Shown here in pieces: positions 51,801 through 58,019 of a DNA stretch of 64,000 bases. The position numbers and the translations under genes are program-made. This DNA is from a virus (taxonomy: Duplodnaviria > Caudoviricetes). The notes under the pieces were generated by a model. The model saw only the letters and a program-made list of their open reading frames with translations, was not told the DNA's origin and searched no databases. The first letter of the stretch is position 1, and each line of letters opens with the position of its first letter. The stretch covers positions 160,001 through 224,000 of the IMG/VR virus record IMGVR_UViG_3300025715_000009, one strand, 5' to 3'.

Positions 51801-54099
51801 AATCTGACAAGAAGTTAATTGCAGCAGCAGTTTTATCAGCAACATTAATTGCTGTATCATTTTTATTAATTAAAACGGAAACACCGGTTTTAGTTGCTAA
51901 TTGTGGATATAATGGAAGACCACTTCCTGGAGAAGATTCTACCAATTTGGGATCAAGAGAATCACCAACACCATTAAGGTCTGTATCAACATTCATCCAA
52001 ACATAATAATCAGTAAATGGAGAATTTATAAGAAAATATTTTCCAGACAAAGAACCATTTACATCGGCAGCACAAGTTATATCTGTAATTTCTATTCCTG
52101 TATTATCTATCTCTTCTAATTGTGCTCCATCTATTTGAAGTGGTGTATTAGATTCACAATTAATATAATATTTCAAATATTTTGCATCATTAGAAGATAC
52201 CCTAAATGATAGTTCTGGTCTTATCCACGTGTTGATATTGCTTGAATCTATTGCCCAATTTTCTTCACTAAGTGTGATAATTTCATCATTTGCATTATAC
52301 TCAGCAATTCCAATTGTAGAATTTTGTGGAGCAACTGATTTTAAGAAAACAGAAAAATTATAAATTCTATTTCTTGAATTTGGCTCTAAAAGATATGTTT
52401 GCCAGACAGTAGCCTTAGAAGCAGAAACATATTTTGTAAGTACACCTTTATAATTACCCCATCTATCAGTATTAGAATTACCAGAAGAGGCTGTCATCTT
52501 GAATGTAGAAAGCATTGGGATGAGATTGTCAGTTATATTCCAGTTTGTAGGAGTATCTCCAGGAACGCCTGTTTCAAATGATCCGTTTTTTGAGAGATTA
52601 AAAATATTTTTATTGATAGATGTATCAATTATAATATTTCCTCTTGTTCTCTCTAATGTTGTAATTGTTTTTACAAGTGGATTTCCTGCTTGGTCTTTTA
52701 TTGTTGTATTTAAATCTAATGCAGTAAATGTCCAATTAAACATATCGTCTTCATCTATAACTTCACTTAAACGTTGATCAGAATGCCAAAGTGTTGTTTC
52801 ACCAGCAATCCAAATTTGATCATTCCATTCATACATAGATATAATGTTTTGATCAGTGCTAAATAATCCGAGTGTTTTTACAGCAGCCTCAGGAAATGTA
52901 TTAGTTAAATCAATTGCTCTAATAAAACCATTTGTTCCGAATACAAATAAATGATTTTTAAATCTCTTTATGCCAGTGTTAATAAATGTGGTTGATCCAC
53001 TGCTAATATCTTTTTGTTGCAATTGTATTGATACAGCGGATTTATAATATAGGTACTTTGTCTGTGTAGATCTAAGAATAAAATAGATATTATCATTAGA
53101 ATCAACATATAGATCTTGAATATCAGCATTAGAATCTAAAAGATTTTCTGCTACTGACCATTGAATGTCGTTAAAGAAGATACCATCTGTTATAACTTCA
53201 TATTCTTTTTCACCAGTTGTTAAATTTGTTGTAAATCTATTTTTTTCTAAGAATTTATCTTTTATTTCAATATCTTTTTTTATTTCGACATTAGATACAT
53301 ATGTTCCTGGAATTGTTTGACCTTCATCAGTTGGACATTTTAACCAATAGCCTTCACTACTCTGACCAAAATTGATATCATTTTGGAAGTTAACAACTTC
53401 ATTAGTAGATGCTTTTGAATCTGCTTTTAATGGTGTTATTTCTTCCCAATCTCTATATGTTTTATATACTAAAACTCTATCGTCTTGACTTGGATTAGTT
53501 GTTGATTTATTAGTAATTTTTATTTCATAAGACTCAAAATTATCCGGGAGATTTTCAGATATTGTTGTATAAACAACTCTATATTCACCAAAATAATTAT
53601 CATCTTTAAGATCAGTAAAGGCAACTCCATCTTCATATTCAGGGAAAAGAAGTGAATCATCTTCTCGCAAGAAATATAATATTTTTTGATTTCCAATACG
53701 AGTAACTTTACCATTTATAATAGAAGAGCCAGAATTAACTCTAAGAGGTGTTATAAATATTTCAGAGGATGGAACTTCAGGGTCAGTATAATAATCTTGT
53801 GTTTGTATGTCAAGTGAAAATTCGTTATATTTATTTTTAAAAACACCATGATCTACTTCAGAAGCAACATCAGAAATGTTTTTATCTAATATAACATCAT
53901 TCTCTACCAAGTTTTTGAGTGGTCTATTATCTGTAGAAGCAACAACTTCATCTTCTTCAATATAAGCCTCTACACCAGGACCAATAATTTCTCCATTGAT
54001 ATCATAGGCCAATCCTTTAGTATTTGGATTGTCTCTATCACTATGATCTGGATATGGATTTCCTATTGAACCCGTGCTCCATTTTTTGATAACGCTCAT
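39832..54099 (-). CDS. Giant (4755 aa) baseplate-associated fibre protein
   Basis: N-terminal NRPLKNL..ND anchor; three CBM-like N...N..F...D..QLE domains; beta-helix (FVDPISGLDTNNG...FKTV); LamG-like domains; coiled coils; C-terminal H.LGT repeats. Confidence 0.8.
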   Translation of the reverse strand: MSVIKKWSTGSIGNPYPDHSDRDNPNTKGLAYDINGEIIGPGVEAYIEEDEVVASTDNRPLKNLVENDVILDKNISDVASEVDHGVFKNKYNEFSLDIQTQDYYTDPEVPSSEIFITPLRVNSGSSIINGKVTRIGNQKILYFLREDDSLLFPEYEDGVAFTDLKDDNYFGEYRVVYTTISENLPDNFESYEIKITNKSTTNPSQDDRVLVYKTYRDWEEITPLKADSKASTNEVVNFQNDINFGQSSEGYWLKCPTDEGQTIPGTYVSNVEIKKDIEIKDKFLEKNRFTTNLTTGEKEYEVITDGIFFNDIQWSVAENLLDSNADIQDLYVDSNDNIYFILRSTQTKYLYYKSAVSIQLQQKDISSGSTTFINTGIKRFKNHLFVFGTNGFIRAIDLTNTFPEAAVKTLGLFSTDQNIISMYEWNDQIWIAGETTLWHSDQRLSEVIDEDDMFNWTFTALDLNTTIKDQAGNPLVKTITTLERTRGNIIIDTSINKNIFNLSKNGSFETGVPGDTPTNWNITDNLIPMLSTFKMTASSGNSNTDRWGNYKGVLTKYVSASKATVWQTYLLEPNSRNRIYNFSVFLKSVAPQNSTIGIAEYNANDEIITLSEENWAIDSSNINTWIRPELSFRVSSNDAKYLKYYINCESNTPLQIDGAQLEEIDNTGIEITDITCAADVNGSLSGKYFLINSPFTDYYVWMNVDTDLNGVGDSLDPKLVESSPGSGLPLYPQLATKTGVSVLINKNDTAINVADKTAAAINFLSDFVAYRIQNTIKVQVKTDLPGEVVDAEAGTLGPEGFSINVAIQGLYQASQYVENYEYLFIGFEKQPNNTQDPPFAFIDIKNPTGPQAIKYVNGKYGKIKRVNAALHDDSNRMFVADDKRIYSLVFLNNYTTYDRFTLVDIGEKESDLDFTKNIYKFESIAKFNDRILFGGTVDNRVIKAKYKDDANDHTIEFKPATDDSEQLLDLLGENIFVYSNGVDSASREFTRIEHCYEVIDPNGDTTLGYYKPNERYGFEVWVDGKKDGEQITIISPKEDSGPWTIQQIYEAIKTIYSGAKLEWLDPRGQDSISPDFDWKIPESSSIKTDGFYSIGRKDLTKHIRGNVHKIFIPENQTKKFYIIRGKQIFQSKYDPNVLKNSSGFYPDTPIIKGTVLTEELLPKSLNSSNVGDIWHVLDKAYYQWLGDHWVEIPYYTKWKIYDDVVLTKYKHIDNVEKTFGDTSINKVWIDLPIDPGYNLLKGSVRLKTNTVAEVGFTEGEDYFVDYTNNKIIRSDTDNLLSNPDFSYFQSAIQKFGYVYKGQKSLKSELPVNGMVLNDAWFVSNESTYYRCINPSGSTIETIWEKFYNDNVPTSWDLHLLNGNEIETRFKQTKDLYDDRNDITEFVLQPETSGEEIGLIYQVKDVDFASDTYTLSLDLKSYNYSKAIIRISECDNSNVNNFGYNKSSNSFTDTVFRSSVLIKEIGEFNNFEDVEDYDKWHRLSLSHEVQDSRTTKLRVEIYSLTTGQLLVDKVQLEKNASATPFIEGSRFSRIDPNMHVWADFVEYQEMEKGIDYSFDTNTRKITIHETISDNEYFYFQYKYEKIFNAYDFGNSKPITTIIYDPRDDYFLLRPEGRIWAINQMFAMLSLEIQDPIKVSYNYHYPRIDQIKIRNTPDRFGNFIYIVRGRSAYDNPYKPYDPGVGTGIRESKQYYNGVEIYEIEDNTNNDVLYEINVVDNDYQINDIYDRRIYIDARDNLNFNISLLPETLAYFPFKKDFNSTNGLTPLNFIQNSKIIPIIKNYSVIQLEEIGAWHDGYQLGLRTKFTYPGTSFSVFVDPISGLDTNNGRSETTAFKTVKKALDALYYNDTDDYVTNIIITQPANITENIEIDKPFTVSIVAKSYCNWLGSIQNITKLNLQGIYFKNTSLYPYNELSIYYCTFENTSLNCVSPQKINIYNSEARYNHNSLIRVKNILYPSPFIHPYMKSSERDDGITGTPLSVATSDNESIAPGDVFTNIVQQSASYTFQNCLIHNSTDHIVEFDPEPNWSGSFGFDFCTIADNNGLFATPKYDLIINYSNSILFNNNEVLGDQAKPFNTNSSVNFDTCFIDFPNFSTGVGEYTNFNYRSGDLLGRESCIYSEGVGGSPQFIGEDDYHLKSIAKGSTSDSPALEQGRGGLDLGCYAEIRQQTEKDIPRKLKNYTAYIDEAIRYAMAINSEKITVTLEFKPAGSVANSGILFDTRVADDNEDYIVLAYNNNALDNHSVEPDPTNSPTDPYHFRVIVANKEKSYSIISPIDITSDEEYQKWHRLSFTINYEKIINSKPQFDEYNKLQNIIIFYHNDQESIESFVKYDLSRYTNGKLIPGRGDDGNNAWNYNDITKYITIGAAFDGSNKMTGYYDEFRIDNRFIDRKQFELWNVKKVQFNDPVSYVNQIPLARTLDPRTLQEYWSLKGDSDLGAKKNRFLPETNKRMTWEDGYQAWFIGNPTENILQNSNFSGNHNALAQTTVIDYTTPLVLESNWRIKTYESRLISDNTGITINVVNPDLPQYSAAAGYQDLGLNITDFNASSGVGAGEFVFDIDINGQPTERHTIELEADPGYQELTFSSSITGSSPTPLNPSGVETEYDLQYTLYPGSTVVDKTVKLEGTKEITDITVVGDLGYLKNKFFEISSLRDETQYYVWFSDGTYLDGGSRDPAGQKQTTVITVNLNWDIPGYTSWEGKGFTIYKNDGTAVNIWIDVSTVSGSTPDFGNTGSYLPLNLTYSVLGPEVLRNEIANRIVTLLSPISDFNIQRVDNVITITNTQNATLSLAEDHDSIGIFTITTTKVGAAPDTNLASPSTKTGVEVVIASGDNQDAILTKVATAFPVTKMTATKHNGQAETTTITALSNNILDYDSKYFTIMSNDQYGNDRLYYVWFDANQAGVEQVTEITCSADDTTSNDPNLMLNEKFFTISGGGNEHYFWYNVANDGRDPGINQPAVQEQFTLEFTDTIKLKEDYEGKYFELSTPTGDYYVYYTVNNQSVTLPPSDKNRIKVDLDSSITGVDQRIAIIEKTIAVLTAQVSGFTNDSMIRNYNSEGEYTARFIIPAGATSLESSNGTFGSDMIFSLKVKGKNYRAKTYLGSGIGHMVEIAANESANDVASLTNSRINSVIDFNSTVLNNILTVTNAVKESVSPPDFSYINFTGSVITSGIKPTTNPSPSGYTGIKVEIDGLVTKEEIADAIRTTVNTAAEFNASGTGAVVEIVTTDDTHYISDPSIGTLNGVITLAVNYQGKLPYVRFTNIENGAVNINPRSGTAGARYLIFQEGSNANTTFASLVNKLNVVTSGDLIWSIVNGKLRATTTARGDTASVEINPTCELLDALDATTQTKQYGTPVDDRWDIILSKLNNLNLGISWNKVGLDIRAISNFEGTNSGVKFTDTTETNDLLTAIGVNYSTLPAAFDGYARVTISNQYELEKMMYAAFEGINTRITWGIRNGRLMFLTDDFVASSIEVDFKEDVGVINPIQVISGLKQVGVPGSEIWDISVVLETPLNNTVSFNLNPKYNKFSENSLVVEKMSTVPLYITQRKFLQENTKYTLSAYIHSDDRITSNHLQCKITNEEKNWTKIEKLDDNWWRVIYTFINEYAGDYNIGFVIKEVDRIYIDSVQLEAKTFASPFVESTNNTIGRIKIGKSLLNKERGTIFFKFKPYFEYENNETKTIISLPAYDAGIVNQSLGLKVIYYFDSDKNRGIFEYSINNDSSSIWRFETTDDFFNQWHSIGFVYDYINNRFVYWFDYFNYIIDSPFANNIWADMYIGYDTSTEKAADIVVKDVIIHDYTTTDSEVLNWNTTYEFYNESFISSNIEEMKNEILGIKQDTYEYVDITNDIVNTVNSLQSRVAEYEENEINNDNAISKLKNFTGYAWPFNQDSSSLPSGVGNHENRITTLEATALNLDIKTTSIQNNLINTNNAVNTLDGNIDTLSDGLNNEINARVIADQQIKDLYASTDINKGAALIGVYDVGARYSATTVEDILQEIAGAGRTTESLKSLKDDITAIGSSTSTSLEDLDYMQDGNSGLWTRSLAQSSGYNIYNIKTNLTALDIEVESIKDNQTSVAESYQDILTGFVDADDTALSSNGDYSLIINGGEYYFTTSSIITWEDLIINYLPNAIHTTSGLPLSLSYRIEAISYIDGVNTLYNIRIFDKTDYTLGHAINIQSGISYLDLISSLGATLSSATAIGSSFIASTMNNVTLSSRITQEVNDRQATVNALRTDLLSQDLNRGASLIGVEGNGLFIETTVEDVLQELAGPGRNASMTVAGNYNAIQGMISDISTLQTNTSSNSSSISNINNTLGLMKDGIDGSTWNALATKPNLMNHESRITTNTQNISSANVAIAVNSNDIFNLNQSVGALSTGLSTEINNRVNGDLSIRQDLASTTVGKGASLISIQDVAGKYTATTVEGALAEVDDKIAALAGALSWQSPVNTYADLPTSGNTVGNARTVLDDGDGRQAQYVWSGTAWVKIADIDWGQASDISYNNTTSTIPATTVQAAIDYVYLNQKDKTSSQGEILNTAWQVGSGQYNGYYYADVNHGLGTTDVVCLITENGIVIGVEEIERLDANNVRIYVADNSLNLDITVFGVIDKYSKVVSQWTPDGQGGYYADIVHNFNTNKLMVSTFDIDTTLGLGWLTGAESIEFIDLNTIRVKTADNATTMNVFIVKKANNSITKDIQKWTWDPTKNAYISLIQVDASYDAVFTFFDPSTGKTVGIDMVQLENGVLTLARSQNDIIRMIIVK

Positions 54100-54434
54100 T
54101 CTTTTTCCTCCGACTCTTTAAATATTATCTTTATAACTGCTTGATTATTCATTGCATTTTCTCTTTTTACTCTTGCTTGTTTATTATATTTGATTGCTAT
54201 ATCTTTTAATAATTTTAAAATATATCTTATTTTTGAATCTGTATTACTTAGCATAGCATATTCTGATTTAAGATGAAAAAGCATGTTATATCCACCTTGG
54301 CTTAAATATATTTCTCTCATTCTTAAATCACCAAAATTAGTTATTTCTTTTGTTTTATTTATTTCATCATAAAATGAATTAAATTGTTGAACTATCTCTT
54401 GAGACGCTTCTGTTATTAGATTTTTAAATTTCAT
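54096..54434 (-). CDS. Hypothetical protein, possible internal head protein
   Basis: N-terminus MKFKNLITEA resembles the T4 capsid targeting sequence. Confidence 0.5.
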   Translation of the reverse strand: MKFKNLITEASQEIVQQFNSFYDEINKTKEITNFGDLRMREIYLSQGGYNMLFHLKSEYAMLSNTDSKIRYILKLLKDIAIKYNKQARVKRENAMNNQAVIKIIFKESEEKE

Positions 54435-54865
54435 ATTATTTTTCTTTTTTGGTCTTTTATACCAGAACTATTTGGTCCTGTTATTTTATATCTTCTTATA
54501 AATTTTGCCATATATGGAAATTTTTTAATAAGGGAGTCATATCTTCTTTTTCTTTCATCGATTTCCCAAGATGAAATATCTTGACCTTTATTAAAAAATT
54601 TTTTTAATCTTACTTTAGTTTCAAAACCACGAAAACCTTCTTCATTATCATTTGAATTTATATCATTTATGAGTTTATTAACATCACCAAGATAATAATT
54701 AAGATTGAGTCCTAAAACAGAAAGGCCATTATCATCTGGATTATACTTCTCATCTACCGCGACGATATATGGGTGGGAGTCATGGATTTTATAGTTTTTT
54801 CGAGTCCCAATATAATGTAATTTATATCGCTTAAATGACTCATTCAGTGCTTTTTCGAATTGCAT
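54431..54865 (-). CDS. T4 gp2-like DNA end protector
   Basis: D.HPYI...GLNLNY...Y...FIRRY pattern resembling gp2 D.FPL..GLNLHY..KRY. Confidence 0.55.
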   Translation of the reverse strand: MQFEKALNESFKRYKLHYIGTRKNYKIHDSHPYIVAVDEKYNPDDNGLSVLGLNLNYYLGDVNKLINDINSNDNEEGFRGFETKVRLKKFFNKGQDISSWEIDERKRRYDSLIKKFPYMAKFIRRYKITGPNSSGIKDQKRKII

Positions 54866-54919
54866 TGTCCCTCTATATAAATTTGAAATTTTGCTTAAAA
54901 AGCAATTAGAGGCTTTATT

Positions 54920-54926
54920 TTATCTT
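54920..54926 (-). promoter_or_regulatory. AAGATAA candidate promoter for the gp2-like and giant fibre genes
   Basis: Recurrent intergenic motif. Confidence 0.4.
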
Positions 54927-54951
54927 ATAGGTTTTATGAAAAAATTACAGT

Positions 54952-55209
54952 TTAAGAATCATTTTTTGTCATTATTCTAATAATTAATTCTCTACGTTGT
55001 TTTTTATTTTTTGAATCAAAAACTCTTTTAGATGATACATAATATGCTATTCTTTCAATTGTATTATTATCATAACCTGGAGATACATAAAATATTTTAT
55101 AGTTTTTAAGTTGTATACCCAAACTCTTATCTACAAAATCATCAAATGTTAAAATAACACCTTTAAAATAATCTACAGTGTCATCAAATAATATATAATA
55201 GAACCTCAT
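54952..55209 (-). CDS. Hypothetical protein (C-terminal LIIRIM)
   Basis: ATGA coupling. Confidence 0.55.
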   Translation of the reverse strand: MRFYYILFDDTVDYFKGVILTFDDFVDKSLGIQLKNYKIFYVSPGYDNNTIERIAYYVSSKRVFDSKNKKQRRELIIRIMTKNDS

Positions 55210-55781
55210 ATCAACTCCAACTTGGGAAATTCTATTTGTTTACCAAATTCTACACCATTATTCTCCAAATATAATCTTGTATTCTTTTCACAAATTATTC
55301 TTATGATTTTCTCTGCTATTTTTGGGCTTATTTTTTGCCCATTGCTTTTTTTTATCATTCTTGGTTCTTCGTTTAACAAGCCCCAATTGCTTGGTAATTT
55401 ATCCTCTGAAATCATATTATCTGGTGCTATAATATATCTATATGTTGATAATTTTAGTAATGATTCATCTAATAATTTTGTGCTTTTATCTCTTGTTTTC
55501 TTTAACTGTTTAATATATTTTTCTTTATCACAATCTATTTTAAACTGCTCTTTTAATAATTGAATTTTGGTTTTTATATCATCAGGATTATTTAATTCTC
55601 GAGTATAATCTTTTATATCTTGTTTGGCCTCTATGATGAAAACTCTTGAGCCATCTGTTCCAATTACATCAAAAATATATTTACCTATTTTTACTTCAGT
55701 AGAAATATATTGACATTCAGCATTTAAATATAGCCACTCTATTGCTTTCATCTTAAGGACTTCATGATTATGGGTTGCCAT
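55206..55781 (-). CDS. PD-(D/E)xK nuclease, MmcB-like
   Basis: H..LK..A..WL, TEV, DVIG, IEAK...DY, Y.YIIAP..I....LP..WGLL. Confidence 0.7.
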   Translation of the reverse strand: MATHNHEVLKMKAIEWLYLNAECQYISTEVKIGKYIFDVIGTDGSRVFIIEAKQDIKDYTRELNNPDDIKTKIQLLKEQFKIDCDKEKYIKQLKKTRDKSTKLLDESLLKLSTYRYIIAPDNMISEDKLPSNWGLLNEEPRMIKKSNGQKISPKIAEKIIRIICEKNTRLYLENNGVEFGKQIEFPKLELI

Positions 55782-56031
55782 ATAGATAATCCTTGATTAC
55801 TTTATCATCTTTATATAACCTATGAATATATAGCGAGCCATCTTTTTTCCACAGTTTATATTCACCATCATAATTTTTATTTTTATAAAAACAATGCATA
55901 ACTAAACTGCCATTTTCATGCCATTCTTTATATTCACCCTCACTCTTATATCCACTAAACCATAGGCCATTCATCATTGCTCTTTGAGGATTATTAAATA
56001 AATAAACTATTTGTTCATGCATTACATTCAT
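55768..56031 (-). CDS. MORN-variant repeat protein (array member 4)
   Basis: Two GEYK.W...G.L units. Confidence 0.8.
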   Translation of the reverse strand: MNVMHEQIVYLFNNPQRAMMNGLWFSGYKSEGEYKEWHENGSLVMHCFYKNKNYDGEYKLWKKDGSLYIHRLYKDDKVIKDYLYGNP

Positions 56032-56357
56032 TTTAAATAATCCTTGACCACTTCACCATCTTTAAATAAATAATGTTTATATAATTTTCCATTATCAAAC
56101 CATGATTTATATTTGCCATCTTTTTCACCTTGTTTATAAAAACAATGTACCCATAATTGCCCATTTTCGTGCCATCTTTTATATTCACCATCTAATTCAT
56201 CATTTTTATAAAAGCAATGTCTTGTTAATTGCCCATTTTTATACCATTCTTTATATTCACCCTCACTCTTATAACCACTAAACCATAAACCATTCATCAT
56301 TGCTCTTTGAGGATTAGTAAATAAATCTTTTATTTGCTCTCTGGCTATATATTTCAT
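56028..56357 (-). CDS. MORN-variant repeat protein (array member 3)
   Basis: Three G.YK.W..NG.L units. Confidence 0.8.
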   Translation of the reverse strand: MKYIAREQIKDLFTNPQRAMMNGLWFSGYKSEGEYKEWYKNGQLTRHCFYKNDELDGEYKRWHENGQLWVHCFYKQGEKDGKYKSWFDNGKLYKHYLFKDGEVVKDYLK

Positions 56358-56539
56358 TCTAAATAATCCTTGATTACTTTACCATCTTTAAATAAATAAT
56401 GTTGTGTTAATTTACCTTTTTTATCCCATAATTTATATTCACCATTATACTCATAGCCACTAAACCATAAACCTATTATAAATATTGTTTTTTGAGGATT
56501 ATTAAATAAATCTACTATCTGTTTACGCATTATATTCAT
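56354..56539 (-). CDS. MORN-variant repeat protein (array member 2)
   Basis: One GEYKLW...G.L unit. Confidence 0.75.
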   Translation of the reverse strand: MNIMRKQIVDLFNNPQKTIFIIGLWFSGYEYNGEYKLWDKKGKLTQHYLFKDGKVIKDYLE

Positions 56540-56790
56540 TCTAAATAATCCTTGACTATTTCACCATTTTTATATAAATAATGTCTATATAATTTTCCAT
56601 TTTTATACCATGATTTATATTCACCTTCCATATTACCATTTTTATTAAAAAAACAATGTTCCCATAATTGACCATTTTCATACCATGATTTATATTCACC
56701 TTCCCACTTATATCCACTATAAAATAAACCATTGGTTATTGTTTTTTGAGGATTAGTAAATAAGTCTATTATCTGCTTATGCATTATCAT
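56536..56790 (-). CDS. MORN-variant repeat protein (array member 1)
   Basis: Two GEYKSWY.NG.L units. Confidence 0.8.
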   Translation of the reverse strand: MIMHKQIIDLFTNPQKTITNGLFYSGYKWEGEYKSWYENGQLWEHCFFNKNGNMEGEYKSWYKNGKLYRHYLYKNGEIVKDYLE

Positions 56791-57016
56791 ATATAGCCTT
56801 TATAAAAAACCTTTTATCATCATCTGAACAATTATAATCTACTTTTACATCAAAATTTCTAATAAATAATTTTAAATTTCCATCGTTTAAAAATACTAAT
56901 TTATTATCACCGATGAAATTATATATCATAATATAATGATCTTTGGAATTTTTAACTATTATACCATGCTTTTTATCTGTTATTATTGGTTTATACAAAT
57001 AATCACTTAGGTTCAT
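56777..57016 (-). CDS. Hypothetical protein (C-terminal FIKAIY)
   Basis: ORF track; overlaps both neighbours. Confidence 0.55.
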   Translation of the reverse strand: MNLSDYLYKPIITDKKHGIIVKNSKDHYIMIYNFIGDNKLVFLNDGNLKLFIRNFDVKVDYNCSDDDKRFFIKAIYDNA

Positions 57017-57209
57017 TTTCCCATTCTCTTAATAAAGCATATAAATCTTCTTTATTCTTAACCGCAGGTTGAAAATCATTGAGAATAATATATCCAATCA
57101 TTCTATGATAACCTTGTTCACTCTCCTCTTTTTGAATAATCAAGGCTTTATCTAATTGTTCAGAAGTAATTATTCCTCTTTGAACTAAAAATTCTCCAAA
57201 TTTTGCCAT
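57003..57209 (-). CDS. Stand-alone MshEN (c-di-GMP-binding type) protein
   Basis: KFGEFLVQRGIITSEQLDKALIIQ matches RLGxxLLxxGLIxxxxLxxALxxQ; partial second motif RMIGYIIL; SD AGGAG. Confidence 0.75.
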   Translation of the reverse strand: MAKFGEFLVQRGIITSEQLDKALIIQKEESEQGYHRMIGYIILNDFQPAVKNKEDLYALLREWENEPK

Positions 57210-57252
57210 TTCCTACTCCTATAGTAGTAATATATTTATTCTATATTTATAC

Positions 57253-57299
57253 GTTCACCATGTGAACTCCAGAGTTCATGTAGTGAACAGCTCTGTTCA
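57253..57299. repeat. 21-bp-periodic array of alternating GTTCA/TGAAC half-sites
   Basis: GTTCA at 57253, 57274, 57295; TGAAC at 57263, 57284. Confidence 0.85.
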
Positions 57300-57479
57300 T
57301 TTAATAAACAGCCTTATAGTATATCCTTGAAATTTTTCAAACAATAATTTAATAATTTTTTTATATGGAAGGGCCTCATAATAGTTATCATTAATTCTTT
57401 TTTTATATATATTGCATAATCCATTTGGCATGTGTTTGAGTAAACCTGCTTGATTATATGTTATATAATATTCATCCAT
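57297..57479 (-). CDS. Small hypothetical protein (IIKLLF motif)
   Basis: ORF track. Confidence 0.5.
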   Translation of the reverse strand: MDEYYITYNQAGLLKHMPNGLCNIYKKRINDNYYEALPYKKIIKLLFEKFQGYTIRLFIK

Positions 57480-57484
57480 GTCTA

Positions 57485-57739
57485 TTACCCAAAAGTAGAA
57501 ATTTCTGCCAAAAACAATGCTTTAACAATTTCATACTTATGTTCTGTATCCTCTTCTAATGATGCAAATATATGGTCAGGCATTGGTCTATATTTATATA
57601 AATAAAGATTATATAAACTACTACCATCTGAATAATGTTCAATGCTCAAATACCATTTACACATATAATTTTTTTCTTCTTTAATAGAGTAAACTACTAT
57701 ATGTTTTAAGCGTGTCTCATTGGTAAAAAATCTTATCAT
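57485..57739 (-). CDS. Hypothetical protein (IVKALF motif)
   Basis: TAATG coupling. Confidence 0.55.
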   Translation of the reverse strand: MIRFFTNETRLKHIVVYSIKEEKNYMCKWYLSIEHYSDGSSLYNLYLYKYRPMPDHIFASLEEDTEHKYEIVKALFLAEISTFG

Positions 57740-58005
57740 TATTCTACATCCTCAAATTTTACTTCACTTTCAAAAATTTTAATAATACAATCTTGAGGAT
57801 ATACTCTGCTATTATATTCAACTGCTGAATTTTCTAATTTTTTCTTCATATTGCCAAAATAAATAGTGTCTTTAAAAAAATTTGGATATAAGATTATACC
57901 ATAATAAGAAAAATGATTGTTATCTAATCTCTTTAAAGGACAAAAAAGAGTATAACCATAAGTGTGATATTCATCTTCAAAAGTATACCAATTATATAAT
58001 TCCAT
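57739..58005 (-). CDS. Hypothetical protein (CIIKIF motif)
   Basis: First gene after a terminator and AAAGATAA. Confidence 0.55.
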   Translation of the reverse strand: MELYNWYTFEDEYHTYGYTLFCPLKRLDNNHFSYYGIILYPNFFKDTIYFGNMKKKLENSAVEYNSRVYPQDCIIKIFESEVKFEDVE

Positions 58006-58009
58006 ATAT

Positions 58010-58017
58010 TTATCTTT
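58010..58017 (-). promoter_or_regulatory. AAAGATAA candidate promoter, probably leaderless
   Basis: AAGATAAA-TAT-ATG directly after a terminator. Confidence 0.5.
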
Positions 58018-58019
58018 AT

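Noticed and set aside
55768-56790. Diversity-generating retroelement TR/VR pair among the MORN copies
   Set aside because: Differences between the copies compared are not adenine-specific, all copies are intact ORFs, and no reverse transcriptase is in the window
57253-57299. Mini CRISPR array or lone CRISPR repeat
   Set aside because: Repeated units are 5 bp with 5-6 bp gaps; no repeat-spacer geometry and no cas genes
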